Shown: piece by piece, positions 61,248-64,000 of the stretch
Layout of the letters: the number at the start of each line of letters is the position of its first letter
Position numbering within the stretch: position 1 is the stretch's first letter
Source of the DNA: a virus
Length of the DNA stretch: 64,000 nucleotides
IMG/VR virus record: IMGVR_UViG_3300024346_000022
Location: 32,748-96,747 of that record
Direction: 5' to 3' (one strand)
Notes under the pieces: generated by a model
Databases searched by the model: none
The model's input: only the letters and a program-made list of their open reading frames with translations
What the model was told of the DNA's origin: nothing
Program-made: the position numbers and the translations under genes

Positions 61248-61276
61248 ATTATAGCGACAAAAAAGCACCTTGTCAA
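61248..61276 (-). promoter_or_regulatory. Sigma70 promoter overlapping a terminator hairpin, firing antisense into the GIY-YIG gene
   Basis: TTGACA-17-TATAAT within the AAAGCACCT/AGGTGCTTT hairpin. Confidence 0.65.
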
Positions 61277-61308
61277 GAGGTGCTTTGAGTTATGTTAAGG
61301 TTTTATAA

Positions 61309-62649
61309 TTAACCTTTTGTTTTCTTACCTCTTCTTTCTCTGTGCTCTTCTCTACGGGCCCGCTGCTGACCGCCACCCAATGCTAAAGCACCACTTGGAT
61401 TATCATATCTATTAAGCCTAGCACCAGACCTTTTGTGTTCTGGGAGTTTTTCATCTACCTTTGCCTCAATAATACTACCAATCATCTCAGCATCCAACTC
61501 AAGCATTACATAATTTGCTTCTTCTAAGGTGTCTGCGTGACCCTGTGAGAGGAGATACTCAAGCACGAGGTCATAGGCATCATATTCTTCCTTCTTCAGT
61601 TTACTGGGTGCTACAGTATTACTTAATGTATTGCTTGGAGCAACTTTAGGAGCCTCTGTTGGGGTTGGTGGTGCTGTTGAAGTCGCAGCACTTAATTTAG
61701 CAGCAAGTGGGGCAGTAGGAACTCCAAAACCACTAGGACGAGATGTTACTGCTGGTTTTGATGCTGATTTTCCTGCCTCTACGCCAGCTTTGACTGCCGC
61801 TTCTTCGGCACCCTTTGTATCTCCTGCTGCCTTTGCCGCCGCTCTTGCTGCTTTTGCCGCTCTCAATTCTGCACTAGTTGCCGCCCTTCTTTCAAACTTA
61901 GTTCCACCTGCGGTAGTTCCAATAGCAGGTTTTGTGGGTCCTGCTGGTGTTGGTTTGGGTGTTGGTGTTGGTGAAACTTTAGCGGGAGCAGCGGCGGCGG
62001 GTCTGGCGGCAGGAGCAGCAGCAGGGGTTCTGGTAGGAGGAACGGGTTTATCTTTATCGACAGGAGGAACGAGTTTATCTTTATTGACAGGAGGAACAGG
62101 TTTAGCGGAAGATTTAAAAAGTGGAGTAGCGGGTTTTGCTTCTTTTGATGGCAAATAAACAGTTCTATTCCCACTTTGAGCTGGGAAAAGTGTTCTTCCT
62201 CCAACATTAATTTGTTGAGTTTCTCCGGGCTTAAGTGGTTTATTTACAACAACACCTTGTCTCCCACCAGAGACAGCTCCAAATCCTCTTCCTTGTGCTG
62301 TTCCAGTTGTAGCCCCCCTAACATTAATACCCCTACCTTGCCCAAGAGCAGTTTGTACTTGTCCTTGTGCGGTAGAACGGGTTGCTTTATCTTTGTTTGA
62401 TTGTGCTACTGCTTGATTATAACGAGCTACATCTGGGTTTCCATAATTCCTCGCCGGAGCCTCCTCCAAATAAGACTCAAACATCTCTTCCCAAGTATAA
62501 TCACTCAGGTCATAACCTTCTTCGATGAGTGTATTGACCCACTCTTCCACTTCTTCCCATACCTGTTCTTCGGTGAGTTCTTGAGGAGCATATACTGCCT
62601 GATATGCCTCCATCAATCCTCTAACATCATTACCTGTAAGTGTAGACAT
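61309..62649 (-). CDS. Late, probably capsid-internal protein with acidic propeptide-like ends and a Pro/Ala-rich core
   Basis: TATAAATA upstream; EEVEEWVNTLIEEGYDLSDYTWEEM and EEYDAYDLVLEYLL...ADTLEEA motifs. Confidence 0.6.
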   Translation of the reverse strand: MSTLTGNDVRGLMEAYQAVYAPQELTEEQVWEEVEEWVNTLIEEGYDLSDYTWEEMFESYLEEAPARNYGNPDVARYNQAVAQSNKDKATRSTAQGQVQTALGQGRGINVRGATTGTAQGRGFGAVSGGRQGVVVNKPLKPGETQQINVGGRTLFPAQSGNRTVYLPSKEAKPATPLFKSSAKPVPPVNKDKLVPPVDKDKPVPPTRTPAAAPAARPAAAAPAKVSPTPTPKPTPAGPTKPAIGTTAGGTKFERRAATSAELRAAKAARAAAKAAGDTKGAEEAAVKAGVEAGKSASKPAVTSRPSGFGVPTAPLAAKLSAATSTAPPTPTEAPKVAPSNTLSNTVAPSKLKKEEYDAYDLVLEYLLSQGHADTLEEANYVMLELDAEMIGSIIEAKVDEKLPEHKRSGARLNRYDNPSGALALGGGQQRARREEHRERRGKKTKG

Positions 62650-62840
62650 CTTTTCTTTTAAGTTCTTTATAGTTTTATTTATAAAAAAAGGGTCTCAAGG
62701 ACCCTTATCTAACCAAACATAAGAATAGTCGTGATCTCCAAAAAGAACATCATCATATTCGGCAGCATCTTTATAACATTTTATAATTTCTTCTTCACAC
62801 CACTCATCGTAATTTCCATCACTATTGAGTATTTTTGGTG

Positions 62841-63983
62841 TCACAACTTGAATCCGGAGAAAGTATCAGATTTTACATCAGACTTAATACCACCAACCAA
62901 ATATGAAGTTATCTCCGATTCTTGTGGTGCTATTTGTACTTCTCTTGAATTCAACCAGTGTGAGGTCCAAGGAAGAGGATTATTCTTCGCCGGAACATCA
63001 TAAACAGGACGAAGACCGATTGCCTTCATTCTACGATTAGCGGTCCATTCCACATACTGCTGAAGAAGTTTATCATTTAAACCAATCATCGAACCATCCT
63101 TAAAGAGATATTCAGCCCAGTGTTTTTCCTGATTGACTGCGTTCTCAAAGGTCTTATAAACCCACTGCTCTTCTTCCTGTGAGATTTTCTTCATATCAGG
63201 GTCATCACCCTCCTTCCACTTGTTTAGAATGTTCTGGGTGATGACTAAATGCTGACTTTCATCTCGGGCAATCAAACCGATGATTTTTGCACTTCCTTCC
63301 ATAAGTTTGAGTTCGCCAAATGCAAAACTGCAAGCGAAACTAACATAAAAGCGAATACCTTCAAGAATATTAACATTTGCAACTGCTCTGTAGAGTTTGC
63401 GTTTGAGTTCATATCTTTCTACCTGTGCGTAAGGAACTTGTTCTTGAGCGTGTTTCCAAAGTTCAGAAGTTCCATAATGTTGAGCACTATTGATAAAGTC
63501 ATTATAAGCCTCAGTTACACTTGCCGCTCTTTCCATAATACGATCATCACAAAGAATTGTATCAAAAACATCAGAAGGATTTGAATATACATTCTTAATA
63601 ATATAGGTATATGAACGAGAATGAATCATCTCCATAAACTCCCATACTTTCATACATGCTTCTAGTTCTGGTAGAGAGCAGTACGGAGCAAATGCCATAC
63701 CGGGACCTCTTCCCTGAACCGAATCAAGCATAATCTGATATTTTAGATTACTCGTGAAAATATGTTTTTGTTCGGGTCGTAGAGTCTGATAGTCTCCACG
63801 ATCTTTTTGTAATGAGATTTCTTCGGGTCTCCAAAAGTATCCAAGTTGTTGTTGAGTCAATTTATCAAAGATTGGATACTTATAAGAATCATATCTTTGT
63901 ATTCCCAGTGGTTGACCAAAAAACATAGGTTGTTTTTTGGTATCCACTTCTTGGGTATTAAAAACGGTCATAGATTCGACCAT
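62841..63983 (-). CDS. nrdB: Ribonucleotide reductase class Ia beta subunit
   Basis: FWRPEE, LDSVQGR, EMIHSRSY, LEGIRFYVSF, RDESQH, APQESEI. Confidence 0.96.
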   Translation of the reverse strand: MVESMTVFNTQEVDTKKQPMFFGQPLGIQRYDSYKYPIFDKLTQQQLGYFWRPEEISLQKDRGDYQTLRPEQKHIFTSNLKYQIMLDSVQGRGPGMAFAPYCSLPELEACMKVWEFMEMIHSRSYTYIIKNVYSNPSDVFDTILCDDRIMERAASVTEAYNDFINSAQHYGTSELWKHAQEQVPYAQVERYELKRKLYRAVANVNILEGIRFYVSFACSFAFGELKLMEGSAKIIGLIARDESQHLVITQNILNKWKEGDDPDMKKISQEEEQWVYKTFENAVNQEKHWAEYLFKDGSMIGLNDKLLQQYVEWTANRRMKAIGLRPVYDVPAKNNPLPWTSHWLNSREVQIAPQESEITSYLVGGIKSDVKSDTFSGFKL

Positions 63984-64000
63984 TAGATTCTCCTTTGTAC

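Noticed and set aside
61631-62158. 175-aa Gly/Ala-rich plus-strand ORF
   Set aside because: Antisense shadow of the Pro/Ala-rich gene 61309-62649
62841-63983. Intron or intein in nrdB
   Set aside because: Continuous 380-aa frame of normal length with all iron-ligand motifs

Overview
This is 64 kb of an AT-rich T4-like cyanomyovirus genome (Kyanoviridae-type; a freshwater picocyanobacterial host is likely but inferred). Most genes lie on the minus strand. Left to right: baseplate and head-completion genes (gp26, gp54-like, gp4, gp2, gp48, gp53); gp32, gp59, gp33, exonuclease, phoH, thyX and glutaredoxin; a glycosyl/methyltransferase block next to a collagen-like fibre and large virion proteins; a two-gene cassette flanked by a 53-bp direct repeat; psbA split by four ORF-less group I introns; lysis genes and two hli genes; a 15-kb sugar-modification island; dps, pstS with a pho box, and a porin; six tRNA genes (five clustered around an HNH endonuclease); and nrdB. 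Three things stand out. (1) tRNA-Arg(UCU) has its anticodon interrupted by a 45-nt insert that itself folds as a minimal tRNA (12-bp acceptor plus T stack, TTCAATT loop, discriminator). This is a candidate new intron type excised by RNase P and RNase Z, and it sits next to a free-standing HNH gene. (2) Two GIY-YIG/NUMOD3 endonucleases each have an upstream promoter-hairpin-terminator-promoter module whose variable loop is complementary to that nuclease's own leader, a candidate antisense or guide sRNA system. (3) An orphan RNA in the tRNA cluster carries RNase P CR-II/CR-III-like motifs. All calls come from reading the sequence by eye; no searches were run.
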